A DNA stretch of 64,000 nucleotides from Desulfarculaceae bacterium (GCA_037443445.1 JBBIOJ010000001.1:183796-247795); one strand, 5' to 3'. Positions 48,216 through 57,811 are shown, counted from the first letter of the stretch. The notes: generated by a model from the letters alone, not told the origin. Translations and numbers: made by a program.

Positions 48216-48779
48216 ATGAAAAAGAACAAATTTCTAACAGGGGCCCTCCTGGCTGCCCTCCCATTGATGTGGGGATGTGCGACCTATGACAGCAGCGTTC
48301 CTGCCAGCACCGGCATAGGCGCAGCAGGGGGTGCACTTCTGGGCTATGGGCTCACCGGCTCGGCTGCGGGGGCAGCTGCAGGGGCAGGGGCAGGGGCCCT
48401 GGCCGGAGCCTTGACCGGGGTGGCCATTGATGAAACAAGAAGAAGCCAGGCGGTCGCACGGCCTGCTTACCCTGCGGCCGGTCCTCCCCCCCAAGCCTCC
48501 AGGTATGCGGCCACAGTGGACCCAACTCGGGGTGAACTGGTGAACCAGACCGGATGGAGGCTTAAGGTCTTTGTGGATGAATCCACAGAACCCATTTGGG
48601 TAGAGCCCGGGGGGGTCACACCATTGGAGCTGGACGTAGGTGCCCACGAAATAATGGCCACGGCTTACGTGGACACCAAGTTCGGGGAGCGGGTGGTGGG
48701 GTCTTACACGCGCCGGATCGAGGTGGACCCCAGGGGCTCTGGCTGGAGCCTCAGACTGGAAGAAAGGATGTTCCGTTGA
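48216..48779 (+). CDS. Glycine-zipper lipoprotein
   Basis: Lipobox MWGC; GAAGGALLG..GA..GAGAGALAG zipper; beta-rich C-terminal domain. Confidence 0.78.
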   Translation: MKKNKFLTGALLAALPLMWGCATYDSSVPASTGIGAAGGALLGYGLTGSAAGAAAGAGAGALAGALTGVAIDETRRSQAVARPAYPAAGPPPQASRYAATVDPTRGELVNQTGWRLKVFVDESTEPIWVEPGGVTPLELDVGAHEIMATAYVDTKFGERVVGSYTRRIEVDPRGSGWSLRLEERMFR

Positions 48780-49335
48780 GCCAGCCCGTGGGCCCGAGAG
48801 AGACTCGGGTAAGGGGGGGCTGTCCCCAAAGGTCCCCCCTCCTTGCCCTGAAATCTTATGAATCCTCCGAGCCCCCAAGACGGTCCTGAGAAAAACGGAC
48901 GATTCTGAAGCTCTCTCAGCATGGCCTTGCATTCAAGAGGTGTTTCCCACAACTCTTGTGATGATGAAGCCCAGCACTGCAGCTGCCTTCGCTGACTCGG
49001 CCGGGGCTTTCGGACACCCTGCCCCGGGAAACCTGCCGAGAAGGGCTTCGAGCTCCGGTAACATCAAAGCATCCAGGTAGCTTGGGGGCGTTAGCCTTCG
49101 AGCCGGTGGGGCTTCTTGAAAAATCCCGGTCAGATTAGGAGACAGGCTCCCTTTTTGGCCCTGTCGCACTTTCCTGTGAAAAATTACCTTTCTTCCCTTC
49201 CCTGGCCCGTGGGAATTGCCTTCTTGGAGGCTTCTCAACGGGTTGGGTTTGACTCTTTTTCCCCGCACGGGTAGAATGCCCCGGGGTTCGGGCCCGCAGC
49301 CCGCCTGTGTTAATCACCGCCTGGGAGGAGCACTC

Positions 49336-50079
49336 ATGCTTCTAGAGGGTAAGAATGCCATAGTCACAGGTGGTAGTCGTGGAATCGGCACAGCCATATG
49401 CCTGGATCTGGCAGCCAACGGGGCCAATGTTGCCCTCAACTTTCGCAAGTCGGCCAGCGAAGCCAGGCATGTGGTGGACGAAATCCAGAGGATGGGGCGC
49501 AAGGCTTTGGCCGTGCAGGCCGATGTGTCCAGTTTCCAAGATGCTCAGCGCATGGTGCAGCAGGTGTTGGAGGAGTTCGGCTCCCTGGAGATCTTGGTCA
49601 ACAACGCGGGCATAAACTGGGACGGGGTCATATGGAAAATGAGCGAAGAACAGTGGGATGCTGTGATCAACATAGACCTCAAGGGGACCTTCAACTACTG
49701 CAGGGCCGTGGCCCCTATTTTTAGGGAACAGAAATACGGCAAGATCGTCAACATCACCTCCATAAACGGGATGAGGGGTAAGTTCGGCCAGACCAACTAT
49801 TCAGCAGCCAAGGCCGGGGTGATAGGGTTCACAAAAGCCTTGGCCAAGGAACTGGGAAGGTCCAACGTGAACGTAAATGCCGTGGCCCCGGGCTTCATCC
49901 TGACCGAGATGTATGAGACAGTCCCCGAGGAGGTAAAGCAACAGGCCTTGGCCGAGATAGCACTGGGCAGGGCAGGCAAACCAGAGGAAGTGGCCTGGGT
50001 GGTCACATTTCTCTGCTCGGAGAAATCCCGTCACATAACCGGAGAGTGCGTCCAGGTCTCAGGTGGCCAGTACATATGA
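49336..50079 (+). CDS. SDR oxidoreductase, FabG/3-oxoacyl reductase-like
   Basis: TGGSRGIG, NNAGI, YSAAK, NAVAPGFI; GGAGGA RBS. Confidence 0.92.
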   Translation: MLLEGKNAIVTGGSRGIGTAICLDLAANGANVALNFRKSASEARHVVDEIQRMGRKALAVQADVSSFQDAQRMVQQVLEEFGSLEILVNNAGINWDGVIWKMSEEQWDAVINIDLKGTFNYCRAVAPIFREQKYGKIVNITSINGMRGKFGQTNYSAAKAGVIGFTKALAKELGRSNVNVNAVAPGFILTEMYETVPEEVKQQALAEIALGRAGKPEEVAWVVTFLCSEKSRHITGECVQVSGGQYI

Positions 50080-50209
50080 GATCTTGGGGCCTTGCTTCTT
50101 CCCAGGCAGTGGATGAGGCAGGCAAGCCCGGACTGTTCACCCTGCCTACACACACTGGAGGCTCAGCCCCCCCCCGAGGGATTCTTCGGGATAGCCGGAG
50201 TCCAAACCC

Positions 50210-51253
50210 TTGTTGGGTTCCAGAGGTGATCAGATTCTGGTGAGGAGAGTCTGTGCCCTTGGGGACATGATCCTCACCATTCCCTGGCTCCTGGCCCTAA
50301 GGAGGGTGCATCCAGGCTCATCCCTCCACCTGCTTTGCCACGGGGAGCAGGGTGAGCTCCTCAGGTCTCTGGGGGTTGTGCATGAGAGCTTTCCCGAGGA
50401 GGGATCCGGGTGGCACCGGCTTTTCTCGGGCCCAGGCTCCGGGTTCCCCTCTGGGCTGCGGCCGGATCCCTGCGAGTATAAACATGTGTACCTCTTCTCG
50501 CAGGAGCCTGGAAACCCCTTGGTCTCCATCCTGAGGGAAAAAATCCCGACCCGCCTTACCACCTTGCCGGCCAGGCCCTCCCCTTCTGAGCAAGCCCATG
50601 CTTCTTTCTTGCCTTTCAGCGCAATGGGATTGGAGCCTGAGCAAGGGCTCTTCCAGGGGTTCCAGCAAGGGGGTTTGGGCTTAGAGCCGGGGAGGTTCTT
50701 TGTGCACCCCGCAAGCGGCTCTGCTATCAAGAACTGGCCCGTGGAGAACTTCCTGGCCCTGATGGAGAAGATCTCCGGGTCTTTTCCCAGGGCTTCCTGG
50801 GCTGTGCTGGAAGGGCCCTCTGATCAGGAGGCAGTGCGAGCCCTTTGCCGGCTCTGGAAAAAGCCTCTCGAAGTTTGCAGGCCTGCGAGCCTCTCCCTTC
50901 TGGCCTCTTGCCTGAGAGAGGGCTCCTTTTTCTTGGGAAACGACTCAGGGGTGACCCATCTGGCAGCCTTCCTGGGGCTGCCCACGCTGGCCATTTTCGG
51001 CCCCAGCGATCCTGACAAGTGGGCTCCCCTGGGAAGCAGGGTACAGGTGGCTTTCAGACCGGAGTATTGCCAGCCCTGCCACCAAGCCATGGAGCAACCC
51101 CAGTGTGCCCCGCCATGCCGGCGGTTCCCATCTGTTCCAGAGGCCTGGGAAAGGTTCCTCTCCCTGGGGCACTTGCCCGGGTTAGGGCCGCAGGGGCTGA
51201 TTTCAGATCCGCATGTAAAGTGGGCTGAACCCCAAAAAAACGGGAGCGGTTAG
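50210..51253 (+). CDS. Glycosyltransferase family 9 (LPS heptosyltransferase-like)
   Basis: ALGDMILTIP, HPASG...KNWP, GNDSGVTHLAA..G.PTLAIFGP...WAP. Confidence 0.88.
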   Translation: MLGSRGDQILVRRVCALGDMILTIPWLLALRRVHPGSSLHLLCHGEQGELLRSLGVVHESFPEEGSGWHRLFSGPGSGFPSGLRPDPCEYKHVYLFSQEPGNPLVSILREKIPTRLTTLPARPSPSEQAHASFLPFSAMGLEPEQGLFQGFQQGGLGLEPGRFFVHPASGSAIKNWPVENFLALMEKISGSFPRASWAVLEGPSDQEAVRALCRLWKKPLEVCRPASLSLLASCLREGSFFLGNDSGVTHLAAFLGLPTLAIFGPSDPDKWAPLGSRVQVAFRPEYCQPCHQAMEQPQCAPPCRRFPSVPEAWERFLSLGHLPGLGPQGLISDPHVKWAEPQKNGSG

Positions 51254-51254
51254 A

Positions 51255-51350
51255 CCCTACCGGCGGGGACAAACCCCGCCGTAGGGAAAAACCACTGATT
51301 CCGATGGCTTGTACGTTGGTATTATAGGGGCGGGGGGTTGCCTCCGCCCC
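51255..51350. repeat. Second REP-like palindrome doublet between the convergent GT9 and mlaA genes
   Basis: CCCTAC-C-GGCGGGG-ACAAA-CCCCGCC-GTAGGG hairpin (51255-51286) and ATAG-GGGCGGGGGG-TTG-CCTCCGCCCC (51324-51350); similar to the 47.5 kb elements. Confidence 0.55.
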
Positions 51351-51370
51351 CCCCAACATAGGGGAACCGA

Positions 51371-52204
51371 TCACTTGGCGACTTGCTTTTTCCTGTACTG
51401 GGCGTATGCGTCCTTGACCGCCTCATAGGGATCCAAGGCCGCCTTTATGAGATCCTCGTACTCCCCAAGTCGCAAGGATTGCTCGTTCGTGTACCTGGTG
51501 GCGCTGGCTGCAAGCACCCACTCTGCCCCAGGAAGAAGCCAGTTTACTGGGTTCATGAAGCTGTCAGCAGCCATACCCACCGTGTCCCTGGCAGAAGATG
51601 CCCCTAGAAAGGGCCATACGAAATAGAATCCGTGGTCCAAACCGTACCAACCCAAGGTTTGACCAAAATCCTCCTCGCGGGGTTTGAGGTTTATGTAATC
51701 CGCCGCATCCACCAGCCCCCCGAAACCAATAGTGGAGTTTATAAGGAAACGGGCCAGCTCAATGCCTGCATTTTCAAACTTGAGCTGGAACACATTGTTC
51801 AGGAACCTCACGGGCATGACTGCATTGTTAAAGGCATTTCTGAAGCAAATTCTAAAATCTTCCGGTATAACCGCGTTGAAACCTGTGGCAAAGGGCTTGA
51901 AAACCCAGAAGTAGAACCGGTCGTTGAAGCTAAACATGGCCCTGTTCCAGGACTCCAGAGGATCCGAGATATGCACCTCCTCAGCTTCCTTTAGCCCGGC
52001 TGACTTCTCAGCCCCACCGCTTTGGGCAAAGGCAGCTATGGCGAGATCCCTGCTCTCAAGCTCGCTCGATTGGGCTGCGGCAGGTACTTCTTGTTCAGCC
52101 CAAGCACCAACCCCCACCAGGATCCCCAGGAGCCCTCCCACCAAAATTCCCATGGCTTTTGATCCCATCTCCCCTCCTAGATCTCTCAGCCCCTCCAGGG
52201 CCAT
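51371..52204 (-). CDS. mlaA: MlaA/VacJ-family protein (start uncertain, 52159-52204)
   Basis: DPLESWNRAMFSFND, RFLINSTIGFGGL.D, EDFGQTLG.YG...G.Y.V.PFLG.SS.RD, DPYE..KDAY. Confidence 0.9.
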   Translation of the reverse strand: MALEGLRDLGGEMGSKAMGILVGGLLGILVGVGAWAEQEVPAAAQSSELESRDLAIAAFAQSGGAEKSAGLKEAEEVHISDPLESWNRAMFSFNDRFYFWVFKPFATGFNAVIPEDFRICFRNAFNNAVMPVRFLNNVFQLKFENAGIELARFLINSTIGFGGLVDAADYINLKPREEDFGQTLGWYGLDHGFYFVWPFLGASSARDTVGMAADSFMNPVNWLLPGAEWVLAASATRYTNEQSLRLGEYEDLIKAALDPYEAVKDAYAQYRKKQVAK

Positions 52205-52243
52205 GTCTCAATCAAGCCCTTCCCAGCCAAAAAAAGCGAGCAA

Positions 52244-52305
52244 AGCATAAATCCATTTTCCAAAGATCTCAAGTTTTTTTTCGGTTGATTCAAAAAAAAC
52301 TTGAG
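52244..52305 (-). promoter_or_regulatory. Candidate mlaA promoter overlapped by a 14-bp perfect inverted repeat
   Basis: TTGAGA-17 bp-TATGCT on the minus strand; IR CTCAAGTTTTTTTT (52268-52281) / AAAAAAAACTTGAG (52292-52305). Confidence 0.45.
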
Positions 52306-52336
52306 GGGAAACCTCCCCAATCCCCCCTTGGACAGA

Positions 52337-53041
52337 TCAGAGCCCCAGATAGGCCTTTCGAATGTGGTCCTGCCTGAGAAGCACCTCCCCTGCCCCCTCC
52401 ATGAGTATGGAACCGTTTTCCAGCACGTAGCCCCTTTGGGATAACTTGAGGGCGTGGAACACGTTTTGTTCCACCAGGAGCACCATGGTGCCCCCTTTGT
52501 TGATCCTGGATACGGTCTCGAAGATCAAAGAAACCAGCAGCGGGGAAAGCCCCAGAGACGGCTCGTCCAGCATCAGGAGTTTGGGCTTGGACATGAGGCT
52601 TCGGCCTACGGCCAACATCTGCTGCTCCCCGCCGCTTAGGGTTCCGGCTTTCTGGGAAAGCCTCTCCCTTAGCCTCGGGAATAGCGCGAAGACCTCATCC
52701 AGGCTCTGGTTTCGTAATTTCTTGACGCCGGGGAACTGGGCCCCCATCTCCAAATTTTCCCTTACGGTCATGTTGGGAAATATCTGCCTTCCCTCAGGCA
52801 CTTGGCTTATACCGAGCTCCACTATGCCCGAAGGACTGATATGCGAGAGATCCTGCCCTTGGAACCTGATGGAACCCCTGCGGGGCCTCAGGATTCCGGA
52901 TATGGTGCGAAGGGTGGTGGACTTCCCGGCCCCGTTGGAGCCAATGAGGGCCACCATTTCTCCAGGCAGCACCTCCAGGCTGACCTGCCTCAAGGCCTGC
53001 ATGTCTCCGTAGAAGACGTCGATGCCTTCAACCTGCAGCAT
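52337..53041 (-). CDS. livF: Branched-chain amino acid ABC transporter ATPase (LivF-like)
   Basis: GSNGAGKST, VPEGRQIF, LSGGEQQM, LDEPSLGL, LVEQN. Confidence 0.93.
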   Translation of the reverse strand: MLQVEGIDVFYGDMQALRQVSLEVLPGEMVALIGSNGAGKSTTLRTISGILRPRRGSIRFQGQDLSHISPSGIVELGISQVPEGRQIFPNMTVRENLEMGAQFPGVKKLRNQSLDEVFALFPRLRERLSQKAGTLSGGEQQMLAVGRSLMSKPKLLMLDEPSLGLSPLLVSLIFETVSRINKGGTMVLLVEQNVFHALKLSQRGYVLENGSILMEGAGEVLLRQDHIRKAYLGL

Positions 53042-53759
53042 CCAGGAACTCCCTGCCTAGGTATGCTTCCACCACCTGGGGATCCCTCACCACCTCCCCG
53101 GGGACACCCTCTGCTATTTTCCTGCCGTAGTTGATGACCACCACCCTCTGGGCCAAGGCCATGAGGCCTCGCATCACGTGCTCTATTAGCAGAATGCTCA
53201 CACCCTTTTGGTGGATCTCTCTCAGTAGTCTCACCATCTCATCCACGTCAGTGGGGTTGAGCCCCCCCATGACCTCGTCCAGCAACAGCACCTCTGGCCT
53301 GGTGGCCAGGGCCCGGGCCAGCTCCAATCTCTTTCTGAGAGCAAGGGGAAGACTCCCGGCCCTCTCCTGGGAGAGACCCTCCAGCCCCACGAACTCCAGG
53401 GTGGAGTGGGCCAGCCTGCGGGCTGCAGCCAGGGATTTCTCCCTGAGCATGGCTCCCACCATGACATTGTCCAGCACGCTCACGTTCAGGAAAGGCCGCA
53501 CTATCTGAAAGGTGCGGGCCATTCCCATGCGGCAGATCTGGTGCGGCCTCAGGCCCTTTATGGATCTGCCCTTGAACTTCACCTCTCCTTTGTCTATGGG
53601 CAGGAAACCCGTCAGGCAATGAAACACAGTGGTCTTGCCTGCCCCGTTGGGCCCTATGAGCCCCAGGATCTGAGCTTCTTCCAGAAAGAAGGACAGCTCT
53701 GCAACTGCACAAAGCCCGCCGAAGTGCTTCTCTAGTTTTTCCACCTGGAGCAGCATCAT
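53028..53759 (-). CDS. livG: Branched-chain amino acid ABC transporter ATPase (LivG-like)
   Basis: K.FGGL.AV, GPNGAGKTT, RTFQ, LLDE, IEH, DPQV..AYLG; ATGA overlap with livM. Confidence 0.93.
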   Translation of the reverse strand: MMLLQVEKLEKHFGGLCAVAELSFFLEEAQILGLIGPNGAGKTTVFHCLTGFLPIDKGEVKFKGRSIKGLRPHQICRMGMARTFQIVRPFLNVSVLDNVMVGAMLREKSLAAARRLAHSTLEFVGLEGLSQERAGSLPLALRKRLELARALATRPEVLLLDEVMGGLNPTDVDEMVRLLREIHQKGVSILLIEHVMRGLMALAQRVVVINYGRKIAEGVPGEVVRDPQVVEAYLGREFLDAAG

Positions 53760-54721
53760 GATTCCAGCCTCAGAAGGGACCTCAGAGCCCTTCTCAGGTA
53801 CACCAGCATCCCCTCTCTCATGAACAACACCACCAGGATGGCCAAAATCCCATAAAGGATCAAATGCAGCCCTTCCAGGCCTCCCCTGGCGAAGTAGGCA
53901 CGGGAAATTTCCGACAGGGGGGTCAGCAGGAAGGAACCCAAGACCGGCCCCAAGGCAGTGCCCATCCCGCCTATGATGGGCCTCAGGATCAATTCTATGG
54001 AGAGCCCCATTCCCAGAACCGAGTTGGGGTTTATGTAAAAAATGTAGTTGGCGTAAAAGGTGCCTCCCAGGGCTGTCATGAAAGCACTCAGGGCTATGCC
54101 CAGCATGGAGTACTTGAAAGCGTTCACACCCAGGGCCTCCGCAGCATCCTCGTCCTCCCTCACAGCCACCATGAACCTGCCAGCCCGTGAGAGCTCCAGC
54201 AACCTGGCTACTCCCACCGAGGCCACCATGAAGCCCAGGGAAAGGTAGTAGTAGGCCACGTTCCCCCTGAACTGGAAATTCCAGAAGGAGGGTTTGAAAT
54301 CCAGGAAGATCCCTGCAAATCCTCCCAGGGCAGGGATGTGTGACACCACCAATCGGGAGATCTCGGCAAAGGAGATGGTGAGAATCACAAAGTAAACCCC
54401 CCTCAGGCCGAACCTGAAGCCAAGGAATCCGATGGCCAGGCCCACCAGCATTGCCAGCACGGCCCCCACCCACATTCCTATCCAGGGGGAGATGTTGTGG
54501 TTCATGGCAAGATATGTGGAGGTGTAAGCCCCTATCCCCACGTACAGGGCATGCCCCAGGGATATGTGCCCGCTGTAGCCTGTGAGAAGGTTCCAGGATT
54601 GGCCCAGGTATGCGTAGAAAAAGATCATGACGAAGATGCCCAGCAGGTACTTGTCCAGCACCAGGGGGAGAAGCACCAGGACCAGCAGGGCTGAAGCCAA
54701 AAGCAGGTAGAGCCTTTTCAT
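53756..54721 (-). CDS. livM: Branched-chain amino acid ABC permease (LivM-like)
   Basis: WNLLTGYSG.ISLGH, G.YF...T..F.E, AVREDEDAA..LGVN, IIGG.GT..GP. Confidence 0.9.
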   Translation of the reverse strand: MKRLYLLLASALLVLVLLPLVLDKYLLGIFVMIFFYAYLGQSWNLLTGYSGHISLGHALYVGIGAYTSTYLAMNHNISPWIGMWVGAVLAMLVGLAIGFLGFRFGLRGVYFVILTISFAEISRLVVSHIPALGGFAGIFLDFKPSFWNFQFRGNVAYYYLSLGFMVASVGVARLLELSRAGRFMVAVREDEDAAEALGVNAFKYSMLGIALSAFMTALGGTFYANYIFYINPNSVLGMGLSIELILRPIIGGMGTALGPVLGSFLLTPLSEISRAYFARGGLEGLHLILYGILAILVVLFMREGMLVYLRRALRSLLRLES

Positions 54722-55587
54722 GCCTTGCCTCCGAAGAGCCCCTGAGGCCTAAAGAGCATGATGGCCACCAGCAAGCCGAAGCTTACCACCTGCTTCATGG
54801 TGGCCGGCACAAGCAAAGTGGATACGGATTCGGCCACCCCCAATATCAATCCACCCACAAGTGCCCCTGGAAGGCTGCCCAGGCCACCCAGGATCACCAC
54901 CACAAAAGCGGTCATGGTGAAGTCATGCCCCAAGTGGGGCGAAGTGGCCATGAGGGGAAGCAGCAGCGCTCCGGCAGCCCCGGTGGTGGCAGCGCCCACC
55001 CCAAAGGAAAAGTTGTTCACCCTGTCCACGCGGATGCCCACGAGCAGGGCCCCCATTCTGTTGTCCGCAGCCGCCCTTATGGACTTGCCCACGTCTGAAT
55101 GTCTGAGAAAGAGGAAAACCACCCCTGTGATGAGCACTGCCAGGCCAAAGGCCATGAGCCTGGAGACATCTATCATGACAGGGCCCAGGTGTATTGTGGC
55201 AAGGGCCAGGGCAGTCCTGGGGCTTCTGGGGTCAGGCCCGAAGCCCAACAGGACCGCGTTTTCAATTATCAGGCCCGTGGCCACCAGGGGAAGCACTTGC
55301 ATGGCCTCTGGAAAATCCAGGATGCGGTTCACCACAGTGGCCTGCACCAGGTAGCCCAGCAGAAACAGGGCGGCAGCAACAAGAAGCAGGGAAACATAAG
55401 GGTCCAGGCCCAGCAGCACCAGTATGCCGTAGGCTATGTACATGCCCAGGACCATCATGGGGCCGTGGGCAAAGTTGATGACCCCCATTACTCCGAAGAT
55501 CAGAGAGAGCCCCACGGCTATGAGGCCGTAAACACCCCCAAGGAGTATACCCTGTACCACCAGTTGAAGAGGCAACTCGTATTTCAT
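54718..55587 (-). CDS. livH: Branched-chain amino acid ABC permease (LivH-like)
   Basis: G...G.VYGLIAVGLSLIFGV..INFAHG, GKSIRAAADN, VILGGLGS, RPQGLFG. Confidence 0.9.
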   Translation of the reverse strand: MKYELPLQLVVQGILLGGVYGLIAVGLSLIFGVMGVINFAHGPMMVLGMYIAYGILVLLGLDPYVSLLLVAAALFLLGYLVQATVVNRILDFPEAMQVLPLVATGLIIENAVLLGFGPDPRSPRTALALATIHLGPVMIDVSRLMAFGLAVLITGVVFLFLRHSDVGKSIRAAADNRMGALLVGIRVDRVNNFSFGVGAATTGAAGALLLPLMATSPHLGHDFTMTAFVVVILGGLGSLPGALVGGLILGVAESVSTLLVPATMKQVVSFGLLVAIMLFRPQGLFGGKA

Positions 55588-55711
55588 GAAACCCCACCCG
55601 GCTCCTTGCGTTCCATGTCTCCTCACTCCCCTTTTCAAGGTGGGGACAAGGAGCTCGCAAAGGGCCGGCTTTTCCCCTCATGGGCCTGGCCGGCCCTTTG
55701 CGCAGAACATC

Positions 55712-56995
55712 TCATCCTCTTTCCCAGAGCTGCGGGGCAGGGAAAACATAGGGTGCCTGGGCAAATTTCTTGGGAAGTACCACCTTGGTTCGCTTCAGAG
55801 GATCCGGGTCAGGAAGGATCTGGATCATGGCAGTGGTGGCATTCACATTGTCCCCGTTGGGGGCAAACTTGATGGCCTCCCCCACCATGGGGTGATCTTT
55901 GAACTCGGTCTTCTTGAAGGCTTCCACTATCTTGTCCGGATCCGTGCTCTTGGCCCTTTCCAGGGCATCCGCCACCACCAGTATGCCTGTGTAGGCGTAG
56001 CCGTTGTTGGTCTCTAGATAGGCGTTGTAGTTCTTCAAGAAGAGCTCATTGGCAGCCTTGTACACCGGGCTTTCAGGATTCACCCAGGGAACGTTGTCCA
56101 TCACGTAGTAGATGAGCTTGTCCAAGTCCTTGATGACCGAGGGCTCATACCAGCCTGGGGACCCAGGGCTGACTATCCCCATGAGCTCCACCCTCTGCTT
56201 GAAAAGCTCCCTGGTCAGAAGAGTTGAGTCCCCTGGCCTGCATATGGGGAAAAGAATGTCCGGTTTGGCAGCCTTTATCTTGGCCACCTCTGCAGAAAGA
56301 TCAGGCACCCCGAGGGGATAACTGATCTCCTCCACTATCTCCATGCCCAGATTGGAGGCTTTGAACTCCTTGATGAACAAAGCCGCCTGGGTCTTTCCAA
56401 AGGCATCCCCCACGTATGAGACCACGGCCCTCTTGGGAGAGACCTTTTTTTCCTCCAGGATGGTCTTCAAGAACTCCATCATCCGCTTGGCAAAGGTGGT
56501 GGACGTTGGGAAGATCCGAAACGTGTACTTGTAGCCCTTCTGGGTTATGTCGTCCAAGGTGGCCACATCGCAAAGGAAAGGCACTCCCCTTTGTTCACAC
56601 AAGGTGGCTATGGCCATGCCGGTGCCGCTTTCAAAGGCCCCCACTATCACCTTTGCCCCTTCCTTGATGAGTCGGTCAGCCTCTGAGCGACCCACTTCGG
56701 CCGAAGTCTGGCTATCCCCCAAGAGAAGCTCCAGCTTGGCTCCTCCCATGGATTTGATGCCTCCTCGGGAGTTTATGTACTCCACGGCCATCTGGGCCCC
56801 CCGGCGCTGGCCTTGGCCTATCACAGCCAAAGGACCTGTAACGGGTTGCACTGAGCCTATCTTGATGGTGGGCGGCGCTGCCCTGAGCAGAGTGGGAAAC
56901 CCACCCATGGCCGTGGCGGCGCCCGCAGCTGCTGCTGCCTGAAGAAAACCCCTTCTGCTTACAAGATCCCGACCCAGGCGACGCTTCTTTCCCAT
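55712..56995 (-). CDS. ABC substrate-binding protein (LivK/LivJ family) with a Tat signal
   Basis: SRRGFLQ twin-arginine signal; IKIG...P.TGPLA..G, INSRGGI..G.KLEL. Confidence 0.88.
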   Translation of the reverse strand: MGKKRRLGRDLVSRRGFLQAAAAAGAATAMGGFPTLLRAAPPTIKIGSVQPVTGPLAVIGQGQRRGAQMAVEYINSRGGIKSMGGAKLELLLGDSQTSAEVGRSEADRLIKEGAKVIVGAFESGTGMAIATLCEQRGVPFLCDVATLDDITQKGYKYTFRIFPTSTTFAKRMMEFLKTILEEKKVSPKRAVVSYVGDAFGKTQAALFIKEFKASNLGMEIVEEISYPLGVPDLSAEVAKIKAAKPDILFPICRPGDSTLLTRELFKQRVELMGIVSPGSPGWYEPSVIKDLDKLIYYVMDNVPWVNPESPVYKAANELFLKNYNAYLETNNGYAYTGILVVADALERAKSTDPDKIVEAFKKTEFKDHPMVGEAIKFAPNGDNVNATTAMIQILPDPDPLKRTKVVLPKKFAQAPYVFPAPQLWERG

Positions 56996-57294
56996 GGTGT
57001 CCTCCTTGCTGCGGTTTGTGGTGGTGGCCAATTCTTGTGAGTCTGTGTCCACCCGCTGCGTTGCTTGAAGTTTATTCCATATACGGGAATTTGACCCTGT
57101 TTGTCAAATCTAATTCTGGGAATCGTCACTTCCTTGGCGCAGATCCCAAACCGGCAGGGTCTTGGAGCTGATTCTCCCCGGCCAGCCAACCCCCCTTTTG
57201 TCCTCTGGCTGGCTCAGTGAGCCTTGCCTTTGACTCAAGCCAGGCTCAGTGCTGAGAGGCCCACCAAAGGCGCCCCAATGGCATGTGTTCAAAA

Positions 57295-57308
57295 TTACCA
57301 AATGGTAA
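57295..57308. promoter_or_regulatory. Dyad TTACCA-aa-TGGTAA, candidate transcription-factor/enhancer site
   Basis: 6-bp perfect inverted arms in the divergent intergenic region, 130 bp upstream of a sigma54 promoter. Confidence 0.4.
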
Positions 57309-57438
57309 CTCTTTCCTGCTTTCTAAATTGTTTGGGCTTTCCTGACCTGGAATTTTCTAAATCCCCTTTTTCTCGTAATGCGGGCCATTTCCTTGAGCTT
57401 CTTCTCTCAATGGGCTTCCAGGGAGTCCCTCGTGAAAC

Positions 57439-57454
57439 TGGCATGTTCGTTGCT
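57439..57454 (+). promoter_or_regulatory. sigma54 (-24/-12) promoter
   Basis: TGGCAT-GTTCG-TTGCT matches TGGCAC-N5-TTGCW, about 50 bp before ATG 57503. Confidence 0.65.
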
Positions 57455-57502
57455 TGTCATCTACACCAGGATGAAACTCCACTGGTTGGGAGGGACTCGA
57501 GC

Positions 57503-57811
57503 ATGAGAAGGGTCAGACTTCAGAGGATAGTCCAGAGTGGAACAGAGGAGTTCGTGACCCTGGGGACCCCCTTTGAAGGCTTGGAGCCTCTGAAGCCCAG
57601 AGCCGGCCAGGAATACCTCCTTTTCGAGGACTCGGGCAAGGTGGTGCGCACATCCCCGGTGGTAAGGCTGCACGAGGGCTTTATTGAAACCCAGAACTCC
57701 TTTTACAAACTCACGGTCTTGGAGGAAGAACCCTTTGATCTGGCCGGAGAGGAACCCCCTGGAAAGACCCAGGAAATCCGTCTCCCCAAGCTGGCCGCCA
57801 ACTCTCGTTAG
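57503..57811 (+). CDS. Hypothetical protein (102 aa)
   Basis: GGGAGG RBS; beta-rich ...VVRTSPVV...FIETQNSFYKL; acidic C-terminal tail. Confidence 0.6.
   Translation: MRRVRLQRIVQSGTEEFVTLGTPFEGLEPLKPRAGQEYLLFEDSGKVVRTSPVVRLHEGFIETQNSFYKLTVLEEEPFDLAGEEPPGKTQEIRLPKLAANSR

Noticed and set aside
46531-49061. Selenoprotein readthrough at in-frame TGA codons in small ORFs (46531 MVGEVSCNT-TGA; 48921 ...HCSCLR-TGA)
   Set aside because: The extended products resemble no selenoprotein family and lack convincing RBS/SECIS context.
48860-49120. Lysine, Moco or glycine riboswitch in the long intergenic region
   Set aside because: Only scattered short matches (AGAGGTG, CTCCGAGC, GGAAAC, CTCAGG) without the required order and pairing; the downstream gene (SDR) does not fit these ligands.
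6921-50079. Dedicated fatty-acid/polyketide cluster from fabH, the thioesterase and the fabG-like SDR
   Set aside because: The genes are tens of kb apart, with no ACP, FabF or PKS nearby.
47455-51350. CRISPR array or IS element from the palindromic repeats
   Set aside because: There are only two doublets 3.8 kb apart, with no regular repeat-spacer periodicity and no cas or transposase gene. Treated as REP-like instead.
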